64,000 nt of DNA from Comamonadaceae bacterium (GTDB taxonomy: Bacteria; Pseudomonadota; Gammaproteobacteria; Burkholderiales; Burkholderiaceae_C): NCBI GenBank assembly GCA_947375135.1, contig CANCER010000015.1:7142-71141 (forward strand). The letters run 5' to 3'. The notes below the pieces were generated by a model, which worked only from the letters and a program-made list of their open reading frames with translations, was not told where the DNA came from and did no database searches. Positions 1 to 10,899 of the stretch are shown one piece after another (positions within the stretch are counted from its first letter, which is position 1; each line of letters begins with the position of its first letter). The translations under genes were made by a program, and so were the position numbers.

Positions 1-800
1 TGCTCGCCCATTTGCGTGATGAGCGCGATGCCCACCGTGAGCGCAGCACCGAACAGGTGCACATTAAACACACCCGCCACCCCAAATTCACCAGCGTAGT
101 GCGTAATACCGTTGAACGCCGAGGGATCACGCACCAGAACATAGCCAAAGGGCACGACCAGCATGAGCAACCAAATGGGCTGCGTCCAGAGTTGCAGCTG
201 ACTGATGGTGGACACGCCGTGCGTGACCAGCGGGATCACCACCAACGCGCAGATCAGGTAGCCCCAGCTCGGGGGAATATCCAGTGCCAGCTCCAGCGCG
301 TAGGCCATCACGGCCGCCTCCAGCGCAAAGAAGATAAAGGTGAACGAGGCGTAAATCAGCGAGGTAATGGTGGAGCCGATGTAGCCAAAGCCGGCGCCAC
401 GGGTGAGCAGGTCCATGTCCACGCCATAGCGCGCGGCATAGACGCTGATGGGAAGGCCTGCCAGGAAGATCACCAGCCCGGTAACCAGAATGGCCCAGAA
501 GGCGTTCACAAAACCGTACTGCACCAGCAGCGTAGCGCCCACGGCTTCGAGCACCAGAAACGAGGCCGCACCAAAGGCGGTATTGGCCACCCGCCCTTCG
601 GACCAGCGCCGGAACCGCTGCGGCGTGAAACGCAGCGCGTAGTCCTCCATGGTCTCGCTGGCGACCCACGTGTTGTAGTCGCGGCGGATTTTGACCACCC
701 GCTGGCGCGCGGGTGGATTCAGTTCAGCGGCTGGAGCCGGGGCATTGGGGTCGTGTTGCACCCTGTTCGGGCTGCATGTTCCATGCCATACCCCTGTCAT
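1..800 (-). CDS. N-terminal part of a permease-like (NCS1/purine-cytosine permease-like) membrane protein, probably the sensor domain of a hybrid histidine kinase linked to urea genes; runs off the window
   Basis: Manual translation (not in the ORF track): ...QRVVKIRRDYNTWVASETMEDYALRF...YGVDMDLLTRGAGFGYIGSTITSLIYASFTFIFFALEAA..., many TM segments. Start at ATG 800 or GTG 761 is uncertain; no kinase domain visible in the window. Confidence 0.7.
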   Translation of the reverse strand, partial: MTGVWHGTCSPNRVQHDPNAPAPAAELNPPARQRVVKIRRDYNTWVASETMEDYALRFTPQRFRRWSEGRVANTAFGAASFLVLEAVGATLLVQYGFVNAFWAILVTGLVIFLAGLPISVYAARYGVDMDLLTRGAGFGYIGSTITSLIYASFTFIFFALEAAVMAYALELALDIPPSWGYLICALVVIPLVTHGVSTISQLQLWTQPIWLLMLVVPFGYVLVRDPSAFNGITHYAGEFGVAGVFNVHLFGAALTVGIALITQMGE

Positions 801-915
801 TCAGTCTGCTGTAAGGCACTAGCGCCTTCAGGTCGTGGGGCCATTGCAACAGGGCACGACCCTTGCTTAGGTGTTTCCATTAATCTGTAGTCCGAACTAA
901 AGATACGAATATTCC

Positions 916-1218
916 ATGGAACTCACTCCCCGCGAAAAAGACAAGCTGCTGATCTTCACGGCCTCCCTGCTGGCCGAGCGCCGCAAAGCGCGTGGCCTGA
1001 AGCTGAACTACCCCGAAGCCATTGCGCTGATCAGTGCGGCGGTGATGGAAGGTGCGCGTGACGGCCAGACCGTGGCACAACTCATGTCGTTCGGCCGCAC
1101 CGTGCTGACGCGCGCGGACGTGATGGACGGCATTGCCGAGATGATCCCTGACATCCAGGTGGAAGCCACCTTCCCCGATGGCACCAAGCTGGTGACCGTA
1201 CACCAGCCTATCGTATGA
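916..1218 (+). CDS. ureA: Urease gamma subunit
   Basis: [12 protein letters not shown]...LNYPEA...[14 protein letters not shown]. Confidence 0.98.
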   Translation: MELTPREKDKLLIFTASLLAERRKARGLKLNYPEAIALISAAVMEGARDGQTVAQLMSFGRTVLTRADVMDGIAEMIPDIQVEATFPDGTKLVTVHQPIV

Positions 1219-1263
1219 GCTCTTTTTGCAAGCCTTAAATCCCAACCCACGGAGGAATTGACC

Positions 1264-1872
1264 ATGCGTACCAGCCTGAAAACCATGACCGCCCTGCTCA
1301 TCACTGCAGCCGCATCCGGCACCGTGATGGCCCATACCGGCGTGGACGCGCACCAGCACATGGGCTTTATGTCCGGCTTTCTGCACCCCTTCACCGGCCT
1401 GGACCACATGGCAGTGATGCTGGCCATCGGCCTATGGACCGCCCTGATTGCCAAACGCATGGGCCGCGAAATGCTGTGGGGCCCGCTGGGTTTTGCCAAC
1501 GTCTTGATGGTGGGTGCTGCCCTCGGCCTGAAAGGTGTCAACCTGCCTGCTGTGGAGCCACTGATTGCGGCCTCCCTGGTGGCCACAGGTTTGCTGGTGC
1601 TGACCAAGCTGCCCGTGCGGGGTGTCGGTGCAGCCCTGCTGGCCGGTGCGTTTGCACTGTCCCACGGAGTCTCCCACGGCTATGAACTGGCCAACAATAT
1701 CAACGCCTTCCCGGCCCTGGCCGGCATGGTCAGCGCCACGGTGCTGCTGCACAGCATGGGCCTGGCCCTGGGCTGGTCGCTGCGCGGCGCCAATGTGTGG
1801 GTGCCACGCCTGCTGGGTGGCGCGGTGGCCGCCTTCGGCAGCGCCCTGTTGTTGTTGCAACTGACCAACTAA
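1264..1872 (+). CDS. ureJ: HupE/UreJ nickel-binding membrane protein
   Basis: Signal peptide, GFLHPFTGLDH and HGVSHG motifs, GGAGG RBS, position in urease cluster. Confidence 0.92.
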   Translation: MRTSLKTMTALLITAAASGTVMAHTGVDAHQHMGFMSGFLHPFTGLDHMAVMLAIGLWTALIAKRMGREMLWGPLGFANVLMVGAALGLKGVNLPAVEPLIAASLVATGLLVLTKLPVRGVGAALLAGAFALSHGVSHGYELANNINAFPALAGMVSATVLLHSMGLALGWSLRGANVWVPRLLGGAVAAFGSALLLLQLTN

Positions 1873-1893
1873 CCTTTGATTGGGTATCCCTTC

Positions 1894-2205
1894 ATGACCC
1901 CGGGCGAAATCCTCACCGACGACGGTGAACACACCCTCAACGCCGGCCGGCGCACGTTGACGCTGGTGGTGCAAAACACCTCCGACCGCCCGGTGCAGGT
2001 CGGCTCGCATTACCACTTTGCCGAAACCAATGGCGCGCTGGGCTTTGACCGGGTTGCCGCCCGAGGCATGCGGTTGAACATCGCGTCGGGATCGGCCGTG
2101 CGCTTCGAGCCGGGCCAGCAGCGCACGGTGGAACTGGTGGACTACGCCGGTGACCGCGTGGTCTATGGCTTCCGGGGTTTGACGCAAGGGCCGCTGGCCG
2201 CTTGA
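1894..2205 (+). CDS. ureB: Urease beta subunit
   Basis: MTPGEI...[12 protein letters not shown]...[15 protein letters not shown]. Confidence 0.97.
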   Translation: MTPGEILTDDGEHTLNAGRRTLTLVVQNTSDRPVQVGSHYHFAETNGALGFDRVAARGMRLNIASGSAVRFEPGQQRTVELVDYAGDRVVYGFRGLTQGPLAA

Positions 2206-2229
2206 TGCACTGAGTGAAGGAACGAAGAG

Positions 2230-3972
2230 ATGGCAACCATCGGACGCCGCGCCTACGCGGAAATTTTTGGCCCCACCACCGGCGACCGCGTGCGCCTGGC
2301 CGACACCGGCCTGCTGATTGAAGTCGAGAAAGACTACACCCTGGCCGCCGGCGGCTATGGTGAGGAAGTGAAGTTCGGCGGCGGCAAGACAATTCGCGAC
2401 GGCATGGCGCAAAGCCAGCGCACGCGGGATGGCACGGGAACTGGGCCTGAAGCCGGTGGCGCGGTGGACTGCGTCATGACCAATGCGCTGATCATCGACC
2501 ACTGGGGCATTGTGAAGGCCGACATCGGGCTCAAGGGCGGGCGCATTGTCGGTATTGGCAAGGCCGGCAACCCCGACACGCAACCGGGCGTGGACATCAT
2601 CATCGGCCCGGGCACGGAGATCATCAGCTGCGAGGGCAATATCGTCACCGCCGGCGGCATCGACAGCCACATCCACTTCATCTGCCCGCAGCAGATTGAA
2701 GAGGCGCTGGCCAGCGGCGTCACCACCATGATGGGCGGCGGCACGGGCCCGGCCACCGGCACCTTTGCCACCACCTGCACACCCGGCGCCTGGAACATCG
2801 AACGCATGCTGCAGGCGGCTGACGCCTTCCCCATGAACCTGGGTTTCCTGGGCAAGGGCAATGCATCGCTACCCGCCGCGCTGCACGAGCAGGTAAATGC
2901 CGGCGTCATCGGCCTGAAATTGCACGAAGACTGGGGCACCACGCCCGCCGCCATTAGCAATTGCCTGGACGTGGCCGACGAGACCGATGTGCAGGTCGCC
3001 ATCCACTCCGACACGCTGAACGAATCCGGCTTTGTGGAAAACACCATTGCCGCCACCAAGGGCCGGGGACTCTGTGCCTTCCATACCGAAGGGGCCGGCG
3101 GCGGCCACGCGCCCGACATTTTGAAGGTGGTGGGCCAGGCGAACTTTTTGCCCAGCTCCACCAACCCGACCATGCCCTACACGGTGAACACGCTGGACGA
3201 GCATGTGGACATGCTGATGGTCTGCCACCACCTGGACGCGGGCATTGCCGAAGACCTGGCCTTTGCCGAGAGCCGCATCCGCAAGGAAACCATTGCCGCC
3301 GAAGACATCCTGCACGACCTGGGCGCCATCAGCATGATGAGCAGCGACAGCCAGGCCATGGGCCGCGTGGGCGAGGTCATCATCCGCACCTGGCAGACGG
3401 CGCACAAGATGAAGGCGCAGCGTGGCTCATTGGGTGAGGACACGGCCCGCAACGACAACTTCCGCGTCAAGCGCTATATCGCCAAGTACACCATCAACCC
3501 GGCGATTGCCCACGGCATCAGCCACGAGGTGGGCAGCATCGAGGTCGGTAAATTTGCCGATCTGGTGGTTTACAAGCCGGCCTTCTTTGGCGTCAAACCG
3601 GCCCTGATTTTGAAAGGCGGCTTTATCGCCTTCGCCGCCATGGGCGACCCGAATGCCAGCATTCCCACACCGCAGCCGGTGCACTACCGCCCCATGTTTG
3701 GCGCCTTTGGCGGCGCACTGCACCGCGGTTCACTGACCTTTGTGTCGCAGGCCGGCTTCAACGGCGGTATCAAGGAACGCTTCGGCCTGAACAAGTCTGT
3801 GAGCGCGGTGAAAAACATCCGAGGCGTGCGCAAGCAGCACATGATCCACAACAGCTATTTGCCTACGATGGAGATCGACGCGCAAACCTACGCCGTGCGC
3901 GCCGACGGCCTGCTGCTCACCTGCGAGCCGGCTACCAGCCTGCCGCTGGCGCAGCGCTACTTCTTGTTCTGA
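2230..3972 (+). CDS. ureC: Urease alpha subunit
   Basis: [33 protein letters not shown] motifs. Confidence 0.99.
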   Translation: MATIGRRAYAEIFGPTTGDRVRLADTGLLIEVEKDYTLAAGGYGEEVKFGGGKTIRDGMAQSQRTRDGTGTGPEAGGAVDCVMTNALIIDHWGIVKADIGLKGGRIVGIGKAGNPDTQPGVDIIIGPGTEIISCEGNIVTAGGIDSHIHFICPQQIEEALASGVTTMMGGGTGPATGTFATTCTPGAWNIERMLQAADAFPMNLGFLGKGNASLPAALHEQVNAGVIGLKLHEDWGTTPAAISNCLDVADETDVQVAIHSDTLNESGFVENTIAATKGRGLCAFHTEGAGGGHAPDILKVVGQANFLPSSTNPTMPYTVNTLDEHVDMLMVCHHLDAGIAEDLAFAESRIRKETIAAEDILHDLGAISMMSSDSQAMGRVGEVIIRTWQTAHKMKAQRGSLGEDTARNDNFRVKRYIAKYTINPAIAHGISHEVGSIEVGKFADLVVYKPAFFGVKPALILKGGFIAFAAMGDPNASIPTPQPVHYRPMFGAFGGALHRGSLTFVSQAGFNGGIKERFGLNKSVSAVKNIRGVRKQHMIHNSYLPTMEIDAQTYAVRADGLLLTCEPATSLPLAQRYFLF

Positions 3973-4181
3973 TTTGCGGCCTGAGGAAGGGCTTCTTGTG
4001 TCGGTGTATCGGCAACACCGCCTTGCACGGATTGAGGGTCAACCGTGGTGAGCGTGAACCCGCGCTCAGCTTCCGTCAGAAACAAGGTGTCGCCCACGCC
4101 CACCTTGAGGAGTTTCAGCACTTCTTCAGGTAGGACAAAGCCAAGCGAATCGCCGATTTCCAAAACTTCTATTGCATTCAT
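3957..4181 (-). CDS. AbrB/MazE/SpoVT-family small DNA-binding protein (orphan antitoxin-like)
   Basis: [29 protein letters not shown] matches the swapped-hairpin consensus. Confidence 0.7.
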   Translation of the reverse strand: MNAIEVLEIGDSLGFVLPEEVLKLLKVGVGDTLFLTEAERGFTLTTVDPQSVQGGVADTPTQEALPQAANQNKK

Positions 4182-4249
4182 GGCTAAGGTCTCCAAGGTA
4201 TAACGGTAGCAAATTTAGCTGCGAAACTTTCACGCGACAAGAGAGCACC

Positions 4250-4888
4250 ATGATTCAAGCATCCAAACTCATCCCCCAGGGCAAGGGCCTGGCTGCGGCC
4301 ATGCTCAAGCGGGCATCGACCATTGAACTGGACTGGGACCTGCGCCAGAAAAGCCGCTTCGAGGCCACCGATTCGGCCGGACGCAGCATCGGCGTCTTCT
4401 TGCAACGCGGCACCGTGCTGCGCGGTGGCGATGTGCTGGTGGCTGAAGACGGCTCGCTGGTACAGGTGTGGGCGGCGCCGCAGCAGGTGCTGCGCATCAC
4501 GCATTGCCAGAACCACGGTACGCCATTTGACCTGATACGCGCCGCTTACCACCTGGGCAACCGCCATGTGCCCATCGAGCTCAAGCCCGACTTTCTGCAG
4601 ATCGAGCCCGACCATGTGCTGGCCGACATGCTGCGCGCCATGCACCTGATCGTGAACCCGGTGGACGCGCCGTTTGAACCGGAGAACGGCGCCTATGCCA
4701 CCGGCGGCCATGCGCTGCACCACGGCCACGAAGCGCATGCGCAAGAGGCGCATGGACATGGCCACGGGCATAGCCATGCGCCGGCGCATGGGCACCACGA
4801 GCATGGCAAAGACCATGACCAGGGCACCGGCCACGACGACCACGGGCACCAGCACGGCCCGGATTGCGACCACGGCCACAAGCACTGA
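4250..4888 (+). CDS. ureE: Urease accessory Ni metallochaperone with long His-rich tail
   Basis: [18 protein letters not shown], poly-His C-terminus. Confidence 0.96.
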   Translation: MIQASKLIPQGKGLAAAMLKRASTIELDWDLRQKSRFEATDSAGRSIGVFLQRGTVLRGGDVLVAEDGSLVQVWAAPQQVLRITHCQNHGTPFDLIRAAYHLGNRHVPIELKPDFLQIEPDHVLADMLRAMHLIVNPVDAPFEPENGAYATGGHALHHGHEAHAQEAHGHGHGHSHAPAHGHHEHGKDHDQGTGHDDHGHQHGPDCDHGHKH

Positions 4889-4898
4889 AGCGCTGCCG

Positions 4899-5576
4899 GT
4901 GCACGACATGTCCTTTATGCAGCTGATGTGGCTGGCGTCCCCTGCCCTGCCAATAGGCGGCTTCTCGTATTCCGAGGTGCTGGAGGCGGCCGTCGATTCC
5001 GGGCGCGTGAGCACTGAAGCCGAAGCGGCCGCTTGGTTGGTGGACCAGCTGCACCTGAGCCTGTCGCGCTCAGATTTGTCTGCCGTGGCGCAGGCCATCC
5101 CCGCTTGGCGCGCCCATGACCACGACCGCATCGCCGCACTCAACGCCTGGGTGCTGCAAACGCGCGAGAGCAGCGAACTGCGCGCCCAGACCGAGCAGAT
5201 GGGCCGCAGCCTCCTGGAGTGGCTGCGCAACCACACCACCGCCACCGCAGCACAAATTGCCACCCTGGCCGCCATGGATGCGAGTTACCCGATGGCGTTT
5301 GCCCTGGCCGCCTCGGCCACGCAAGCAAGCGTGCGCGATTGTCTGCTGGCCTATGCCTTTGGCTGGGCCGAGAACCTGGTGCAGGCCGCCATCAAATCCG
5401 TGCCGCTGGGCCAGAGCAGCGGCCAGCGCATTCTGTCTGCCATCACCGCCGAAATCCCCGCCGCCGTGGACCATGCTCTGGCGCTGGATGACAACGCGCG
5501 CCAGGCCTTCTCCCCTCTGCTGGCCATTTTGAGTAGCCAACACGAAGTCCAATATTCCCGTCTGTTTCGATCCTAG
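4899..5576 (+). CDS. ureF: Urease accessory protein UreF
   Basis: [15 protein letters not shown]...[11 protein letters not shown]; start GTG 4899 or ATG 4908. Confidence 0.95.
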   Translation: MHDMSFMQLMWLASPALPIGGFSYSEVLEAAVDSGRVSTEAEAAAWLVDQLHLSLSRSDLSAVAQAIPAWRAHDHDRIAALNAWVLQTRESSELRAQTEQMGRSLLEWLRNHTTATAAQIATLAAMDASYPMAFALAASATQASVRDCLLAYAFGWAENLVQAAIKSVPLGQSSGQRILSAITAEIPAAVDHALALDDNARQAFSPLLAILSSQHEVQYSRLFRS

Positions 5577-5588
5577 GAAAAACCAACC

Positions 5589-6251
5589 ATGTCCTCCGCC
5601 CTGCACCATATCGCCAACCGCACCAAGAAGCTGCCGCCCCTGCGCGTGGGCATAGGCGGGCCGGTCGGCTCCGGCAAGACCACGTTGCTGGAAATGCTGT
5701 GCAAAACCATGCGTGCGCAATACGACCTGGTGGCCATCACCAACGACATCTACACCAAGGAAGACCAGCGCCTGCTGACGGTGAGCGGCGCCCTGCCCGC
5801 CGAACGCATCATGGGCGTGGAAACCGGCGGCTGCCCGCACACCGCCATCCGCGAAGACTGCTCGATCAACTTGGAGGCGATTGACCGCATGCTGGTCGAC
5901 TTCCCCAACGCCGACATCGTGTTTGTGGAAAGCGGCGGCGACAACCTGGCCGCCACCTTCAGCCCCGAACTTAGCGACCTGACCATCTACGTGATCGACG
6001 TGGCCGCGGGTGAGAAGATTCCGCGCAAGGGCGGCCCCGGCATCACCAAGAGTGACCTGTTCGTGATCAACAAGATCGACCTGGCACCCCACGTGGGCGC
6101 CAATCTGGACGTGATGGAAGCCGACACCATCCGCATGCGCACCACGCCCAAGGGCCTCAAGCCCTTTGTGATGACCAACCTGAAGACCCTGAGCGGTGTG
6201 GCCGCCATCGTGCGCTTTATCGAAACCCGGGGCATGCTGCAAGCCGTTTGA
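5589..6251 (+). CDS. ureG: Urease accessory GTPase
   Basis: [24 protein letters not shown]. Confidence 0.98.
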   Translation: MSSALHHIANRTKKLPPLRVGIGGPVGSGKTTLLEMLCKTMRAQYDLVAITNDIYTKEDQRLLTVSGALPAERIMGVETGGCPHTAIREDCSINLEAIDRMLVDFPNADIVFVESGGDNLAATFSPELSDLTIYVIDVAAGEKIPRKGGPGITKSDLFVINKIDLAPHVGANLDVMEADTIRMRTTPKGLKPFVMTNLKTLSGVAAIVRFIETRGMLQAV

Positions 6252-6304
6252 ACCGGCGGCATGATCGGGGCCGCACGCTTCAGCGGGTTAGAATAGGTGC
6301 CACA

Positions 6305-6394
6305 GGAAGCTTGGCCGAGCGGTTTAAGGCACCGGTCTTGAAAACCGGCGAGGATGTGAGTCCTCCGTGAGTTCGAATCTCACAGCTTCCGCCA
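6305..6394 (+). tRNA. tRNA-Ser (anticodon TGA)
   Basis: GGAAGCT...AGCTTCC acceptor stem, CCGGT-CTTGAAA-ACCGG anticodon arm, long variable arm, GTTCGAATC T-loop, GCCA end. Confidence 0.96.
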
Positions 6395-6395
6395 C

Positions 6396-6419
6396 AAGCC
6401 CCGCTCAAGGGGCTTTTTT
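6396..6419 (+). terminator. Rho-independent terminator after the tRNA
   Basis: AAGCCCC-gctcaa-GGGGCTT followed by a T-run. Confidence 0.85.
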
Positions 6420-6609
6420 ACGCCCCCGGAAAAACGAAACCCGGAGCTGAGTCCGGGTTTGTCCCTTTGAACAGGGCGGCCCGGATGGGTTGTTCCGGGC
6501 AATAGGCATTTGCCTGAGACGTAGATTAATCACTCCCCGGTCAATGTCAAGCTTGCAGTGCAGCAATTCCAGAGTTTGCGGATGATGGTGGCTGAGTTCA
6601 AGGGTTTCA

Positions 6610-6696
6610 TCAGTCGAAATTGGTTGCCGTGAACGACTGAATAGCCTGCGCCGCCTGACGCACATCCCACAAGAAGGCGCGGGGATCACGCTGCAT
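6610..6696 (-). pseudogene. Truncated HepT/DUF86 (HEPN) toxin, first ~28 codons only
   Basis: MQRDPRAFLWDVRQAAQAIQSFT then stop; overlaps the MNT stop codon as in MNT-HepT pairs. Confidence 0.7.
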
Positions 6697-7015
6697 ATAC
6701 AGCTTCACGATTGCGGTTGATGCTGGCCAGCACAAAGGGATTACGCACTGCGCCAGGCTCCACCAAATCGACACCACGGCCCAGCAACTGCTCCAAATCG
6801 GCCTTGGCGCCAAAAAAGGCATTCAGCCCCGGCTGCGAGCCGGATGCGAACTCCACCAAAAAGTCGGCATCGCTGGTGGCAGGGTTGAAATCATCCGCAC
6901 GGGCGGCCGAACCAAACACCTCCAAGCGGCTAATGCCGTAGCGCTGGCAGATGGCAGCTATGCCTGCGTGTGTTGGGAGATGGCGGGGTGCATGGTCGGA
7001 TTGAGGGCTACTCAT
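6686..7015 (-). CDS. Minimal nucleotidyltransferase (MNT/MntA-type antitoxin)
   Basis: VFGSAARADDF...SDADFLVEF...LLGRGVDLV. Confidence 0.88.
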   Translation of the reverse strand: MSSPQSDHAPRHLPTHAGIAAICQRYGISRLEVFGSAARADDFNPATSDADFLVEFASGSQPGLNAFFGAKADLEQLLGRGVDLVEPGAVRNPFVLASINRNREAVYAA

Positions 7016-7059
7016 CCCGAGCCAGCCCTTTCGGCGTCACGGCGGCCCTGCTGCCCTAC

Positions 7060-8292
7060 TTACCCATGCACCACATGCTGACCGATTTCCGGCCAGCGCC
7101 TGCGGATAAGCAGCCAGGCGCACAGTCCTATGCCCATCAAACAGACCGAGGTCGCAGCCAGTGCCACGGGGGAATGCATCACCAGCGGCGACACCACACC
7201 AGCCACCAGGCCGTTGGCGCTGGAGCCAATGAACATCTGCAGGCTCGACGCCATGCCGCGGCGCTCCGGGTGCAGGTCCAGCACCAGCAGCGTGATCACC
7301 GGCACCATCATGGCCCAGCCGAAGGCGAAGATGCAGATGGGAATCAGGGCCCAGGCCACATCGGCCTTGAACAGCAGGTTGGCCGCCAGGTTCAGCACGC
7401 CGATGCACAGCATGATGACAAAGCCGTTGCGGATCTGGCGCTTGGGTGCGAGCTTGCCGGCGGCCCGGCCACTGACCCATGCCCCACCCATGATGCCGCC
7501 GATGGTGAGCAGGAAGAACCAGAAAAAATGCTGGGGCGGCAGACCCAGGCCCTCGCCCAGAAAAACCGGCGCGCTCAGGACGTACAAAAACATGCCGTTA
7601 AACGGAATACCGCTAGACAACGCCAGCAGGAAGAAACGCGGGTCCGAGCCCAGCTTCCAGTAGCCCGCCAGCAAATTACGCGGGTGAAAGGGCTGGCGCT
7701 GCTCCACGTGCAGCGTCTCCGGCAGCAAGCGGTAGTTGGCAACCCACAACACCACGCCCACCCCGCAGAGGAACCAGAAGATGGCGTGCCAGGTGAAGTG
7801 AATCAGCAGCCAGCCGCCCAGCATGGGCGCAATCGCCGGTGCGGCGCCAAAAAAGATGGTGACCTGGCTCATCACTTTTTGCGCCTGCGAGGGCGGGTAC
7901 ATGTCGCGCACGATGGCGCGCGACACCACAATGCCCGCGCCGGTGGACAGCCCTTGCAGCACCCGGAAGAAGATCAAATGGCCTATGGTTTGCGACAGCG
8001 CGCAGCCCACCGAGGCCAGCGTGAACACCGCCAGCCCCGACAGCACTACCGGCCTGCGGCCCACGCTGTCGGAGAGGGAACCATGGAACAGGCTCATGAA
8101 GGCAAAGCCGAACAGGTAGGCCGAAAGCGTCTGCTGCATCTGCACAGGCGTAGCATCCAGTGAACGGGCGATGTCGGAAAAGGCCGGCAGGTAGGTATCA
8201 ATCGAAAACGGCCCCAGCATGCCCAGCAGTGCGAGAAGAATGGCAAACGCCCATTGGGGGGCGTGCCATAGCGTTTTTGCGTCGGGATTCAT
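7060..8292 (-). CDS. Bcr/CflA family drug efflux MFS transporter
   Basis: LGPFSIDTYLPAF, GSLSDSVGRRPV, about 12 TM segments. Confidence 0.93.
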   Translation of the reverse strand: MNPDAKTLWHAPQWAFAILLALLGMLGPFSIDTYLPAFSDIARSLDATPVQMQQTLSAYLFGFAFMSLFHGSLSDSVGRRPVVLSGLAVFTLASVGCALSQTIGHLIFFRVLQGLSTGAGIVVSRAIVRDMYPPSQAQKVMSQVTIFFGAAPAIAPMLGGWLLIHFTWHAIFWFLCGVGVVLWVANYRLLPETLHVEQRQPFHPRNLLAGYWKLGSDPRFFLLALSSGIPFNGMFLYVLSAPVFLGEGLGLPPQHFFWFFLLTIGGIMGGAWVSGRAAGKLAPKRQIRNGFVIMLCIGVLNLAANLLFKADVAWALIPICIFAFGWAMMVPVITLLVLDLHPERRGMASSLQMFIGSSANGLVAGVVSPLVMHSPVALAATSVCLMGIGLCAWLLIRRRWPEIGQHVVHG

Positions 8293-8433
8293 GCCACCAT
8301 TGGAACACGGAGCCTGCGCGCGCAGGAGCGCAACCAGGCGCTGCTCGACCCACTGTGGGGCTAACCCTAGAACGGATTTGGCGATATGTCCGGAGAATGG
8401 GAGAGGTTCAGTCATAACAAAAGGAATACCACC

Positions 8434-10113
8434 ATGGCCCAAGAGAAGCTGATACTGGATTACATCTACGAACACGAGTCCACACGCTCGGACCAGGTGT
8501 TCTTGTCGCAACCGGTAGGCGGCGGGCGGGTCACCGATTACACCTGGGCCCAAACCATGGACCAGGCGCGCCGCATGGCCACCCATATCAAGTCGCGCAA
8601 CTTCGGGCCCGGCGCGCGCATTGCCATCCTGTCCAAGAACTGCGCCCACTTCGTGATTGCCGAGTTGGCCATCTGGCTGGCCGGCTGCACCACGGTGGCC
8701 ATCTTCCCGACCGAGACCGCCGAAACCATCCACTACGTGCTGGAGCACAGTGGCGCCAGCCTCTTGTTTGTGGGCAAGCTCGACCTCTGGGATCACCAGG
8801 CTGCCGCAGTGCCGTCCGGCCTGCCCTGTATTGCGTTACCCCTGGCACCGCCAACGCCCTTTGAAAGCTGGGACGTGATTACCGCACGCACCATGCCGTT
8901 CACCGGCAAGGTGCAGCGTGCCGCCTCGGACATTGCCATCCTGGTGTACACCTCGGGCTCCACCGGGCAGCCCAAGGGTGTGATGCACAGCTTCAAGGGC
9001 ACAACGGCGGCCAGTGTGGGCATGCACCAGTTCATCCAGCAGCAGATCGGGGCAGACGTTGCGCCGCGCGTGCTTTCCTACTTGCCGCTGGCGCATATTT
9101 TCGAGCGCTCCTGGATCGAATGCACCGCACTGGTGGACGGGCATACCCACATCTATTTCGCCGAATCACTGGACACCTTCCTGCAGGACCTGAACCGTGC
9201 CCGTCCCAATGTGTTTCTTTCGGTGCCGCGCCTGTGGCTGAAGTTCCAGCAGGGCGTGTTCACCAAGATGCCGGCCAGGAAGCTGGACCGGCTGCTGCGC
9301 ATCCCGATTCTTGGCCGCATCGTCGCGCGCAAGGTGCTCAAAGGGTTGGGGCTGGACCAGGTGCTGCTGGCCGCCAGCGGCTCGGCGCCCATCCCCCCCG
9401 AGCTGATCACCTGGTACCGCCGCCTGGGCTTGAACCTGATGGAGGGCTACGGCATGACCGAAGACTTTGCCTACTCGCACGCGTCCACCCCCCATCACGC
9501 CTCCACAGGCTGTGTCGGTATGCCCATGCCGGGCGTACAGGTGCGGCTCACGGAGGAGGGCGAAATCCTGATCAAGTCCCCCGGGCAGATGGTGGGCTAC
9601 TTCAAACGCCCGGATCTGGACGCCGAGGTGTTCACCGCAGACGGCTACTTCCGCACCGGCGACAAGGGCCAGCGCACGCCCGACGGGCTGCTCAAGCTGA
9701 CCGGCCGGATCAAAGAACTCTTCAAAACCTCCAAGGGCAAATACATCGCGCCAGCCCCGATTGAAAACATGCTCAATGCCCACCCCATGGTCGAGATCTG
9801 CATGGTGTCCGGTGTGGGTCAGCCTGCGGCCTACGCCATGGTGGTGCTGGCAGAAGACCTGCGCCCGCGCGTCAACACGCCGGAAGTGCGGGCCGAGGTG
9901 CAGCGCGAGCTCACCGAACTGCTCCAAACCGTGAACAGCCAGTTGCCCGAATACGAGCAACTGCGCATGCTGGTGCTGGCATCCGAACCCTGGTCGATTG
10001 AGAACGGCTACCTCACACCCACCATGAAGATCCGCCGCAACCGCATAGAAACTGCAGTACACGGCGACATGGAGAAGTGGTACGCCAGCAAAGAGCCCAT
10101 TCACTGGGCCTGA
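8434..10113 (+). CDS. Long-chain fatty-acid--CoA ligase (AMP-binding)
   Basis: YTSGSTGQPKG, EGYGMTE, RTGD, LTPTMKIRR. Confidence 0.93.
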   Translation: MAQEKLILDYIYEHESTRSDQVFLSQPVGGGRVTDYTWAQTMDQARRMATHIKSRNFGPGARIAILSKNCAHFVIAELAIWLAGCTTVAIFPTETAETIHYVLEHSGASLLFVGKLDLWDHQAAAVPSGLPCIALPLAPPTPFESWDVITARTMPFTGKVQRAASDIAILVYTSGSTGQPKGVMHSFKGTTAASVGMHQFIQQQIGADVAPRVLSYLPLAHIFERSWIECTALVDGHTHIYFAESLDTFLQDLNRARPNVFLSVPRLWLKFQQGVFTKMPARKLDRLLRIPILGRIVARKVLKGLGLDQVLLAASGSAPIPPELITWYRRLGLNLMEGYGMTEDFAYSHASTPHHASTGCVGMPMPGVQVRLTEEGEILIKSPGQMVGYFKRPDLDAEVFTADGYFRTGDKGQRTPDGLLKLTGRIKELFKTSKGKYIAPAPIENMLNAHPMVEICMVSGVGQPAAYAMVVLAEDLRPRVNTPEVRAEVQRELTELLQTVNSQLPEYEQLRMLVLASEPWSIENGYLTPTMKIRRNRIETAVHGDMEKWYASKEPIHWA

Positions 10114-10187
10114 GCAGGAAAAGCGGATTGGGCGAATAATTTGCCAGGGAACCTTTCCCTTCCTTCACCCATTCAGGAGACATCACC

Positions 10188-10817
10188 ATGCAACCCCCAT
10201 CCCGCTTGAGATCCCCAACCCGTCTTGCCGCTGCAGCCATGCTCGGCCTGGGCATGCTGGCAGGCAGCACCCTGCACGCCCAGAGCGGGAATTTCACCCT
10301 GAGCAGCCCGGACCTGGCGGGTGGCAGCTTTGACAACAAGTTTGTGCTCAATGGCTTTGGTTGCAAAGGCGACAACGTGTCGCCCGCACTGGAATGGAAG
10401 AACGTCCCCGCCGGCACCAAGTCGCTCTCGCTGCTGGTGCACGACCCCGACGCCCCTACCGGCAGCGGCTTCTGGCACTGGACGGTGCTGAACATGCCCG
10501 CCGGAACCACCGGCCTGCCGCAAGGTGCGGGCAACGCGGCGGCCACCCTGCCGGCACCCGCCTTTGGCGGCAACACCGACTTCATGGACACCGGCGCCAC
10601 CGGTGCCAACGGCAATTACGGCGGCCCCTGCCCACCTGTGGGCGACAAGCCGCACCACTACCACTTCACGCTGTACGCGGTGGGCGTGGACGATGTGCAA
10701 AAGGCTGGAGGCGTGCCCAAGACCGGCAGCGCGGCGCTCTATTCTTTTGTGCTGAACAAGGGCATAGGCGCGGGCTTGCTGGGTACGGCCACCTTTACCG
10801 CGACCTACGGTCGCTAA
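10188..10817 (+). CDS. YbhB/YbcL (PEBP/Raf kinase inhibitor-like) exported protein
   Basis: HDPDAPTGSGFWHW, YGGPCPP, signal peptide. Confidence 0.93.
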   Translation: MQPPSRLRSPTRLAAAAMLGLGMLAGSTLHAQSGNFTLSSPDLAGGSFDNKFVLNGFGCKGDNVSPALEWKNVPAGTKSLSLLVHDPDAPTGSGFWHWTVLNMPAGTTGLPQGAGNAAATLPAPAFGGNTDFMDTGATGANGNYGGPCPPVGDKPHHYHFTLYAVGVDDVQKAGGVPKTGSAALYSFVLNKGIGAGLLGTATFTATYGR

Positions 10818-10899
10818 GCCCGCACACGCGGATGCCCACCGGGAGGTGCGGCACCCCTGCGGGTAGCATGACCCGCGCAAGGCAACTGCGCGGGCCGGC

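Noticed and set aside
4710-4888. His-rich low-complexity stretch as a novel element
   Set aside because: Ordinary UreE nickel-storage tail
6305-6394. Selenocysteine or suppressor tRNA
   Set aside because: Anticodon TGA reads UCA (Ser); Sec would need TCA
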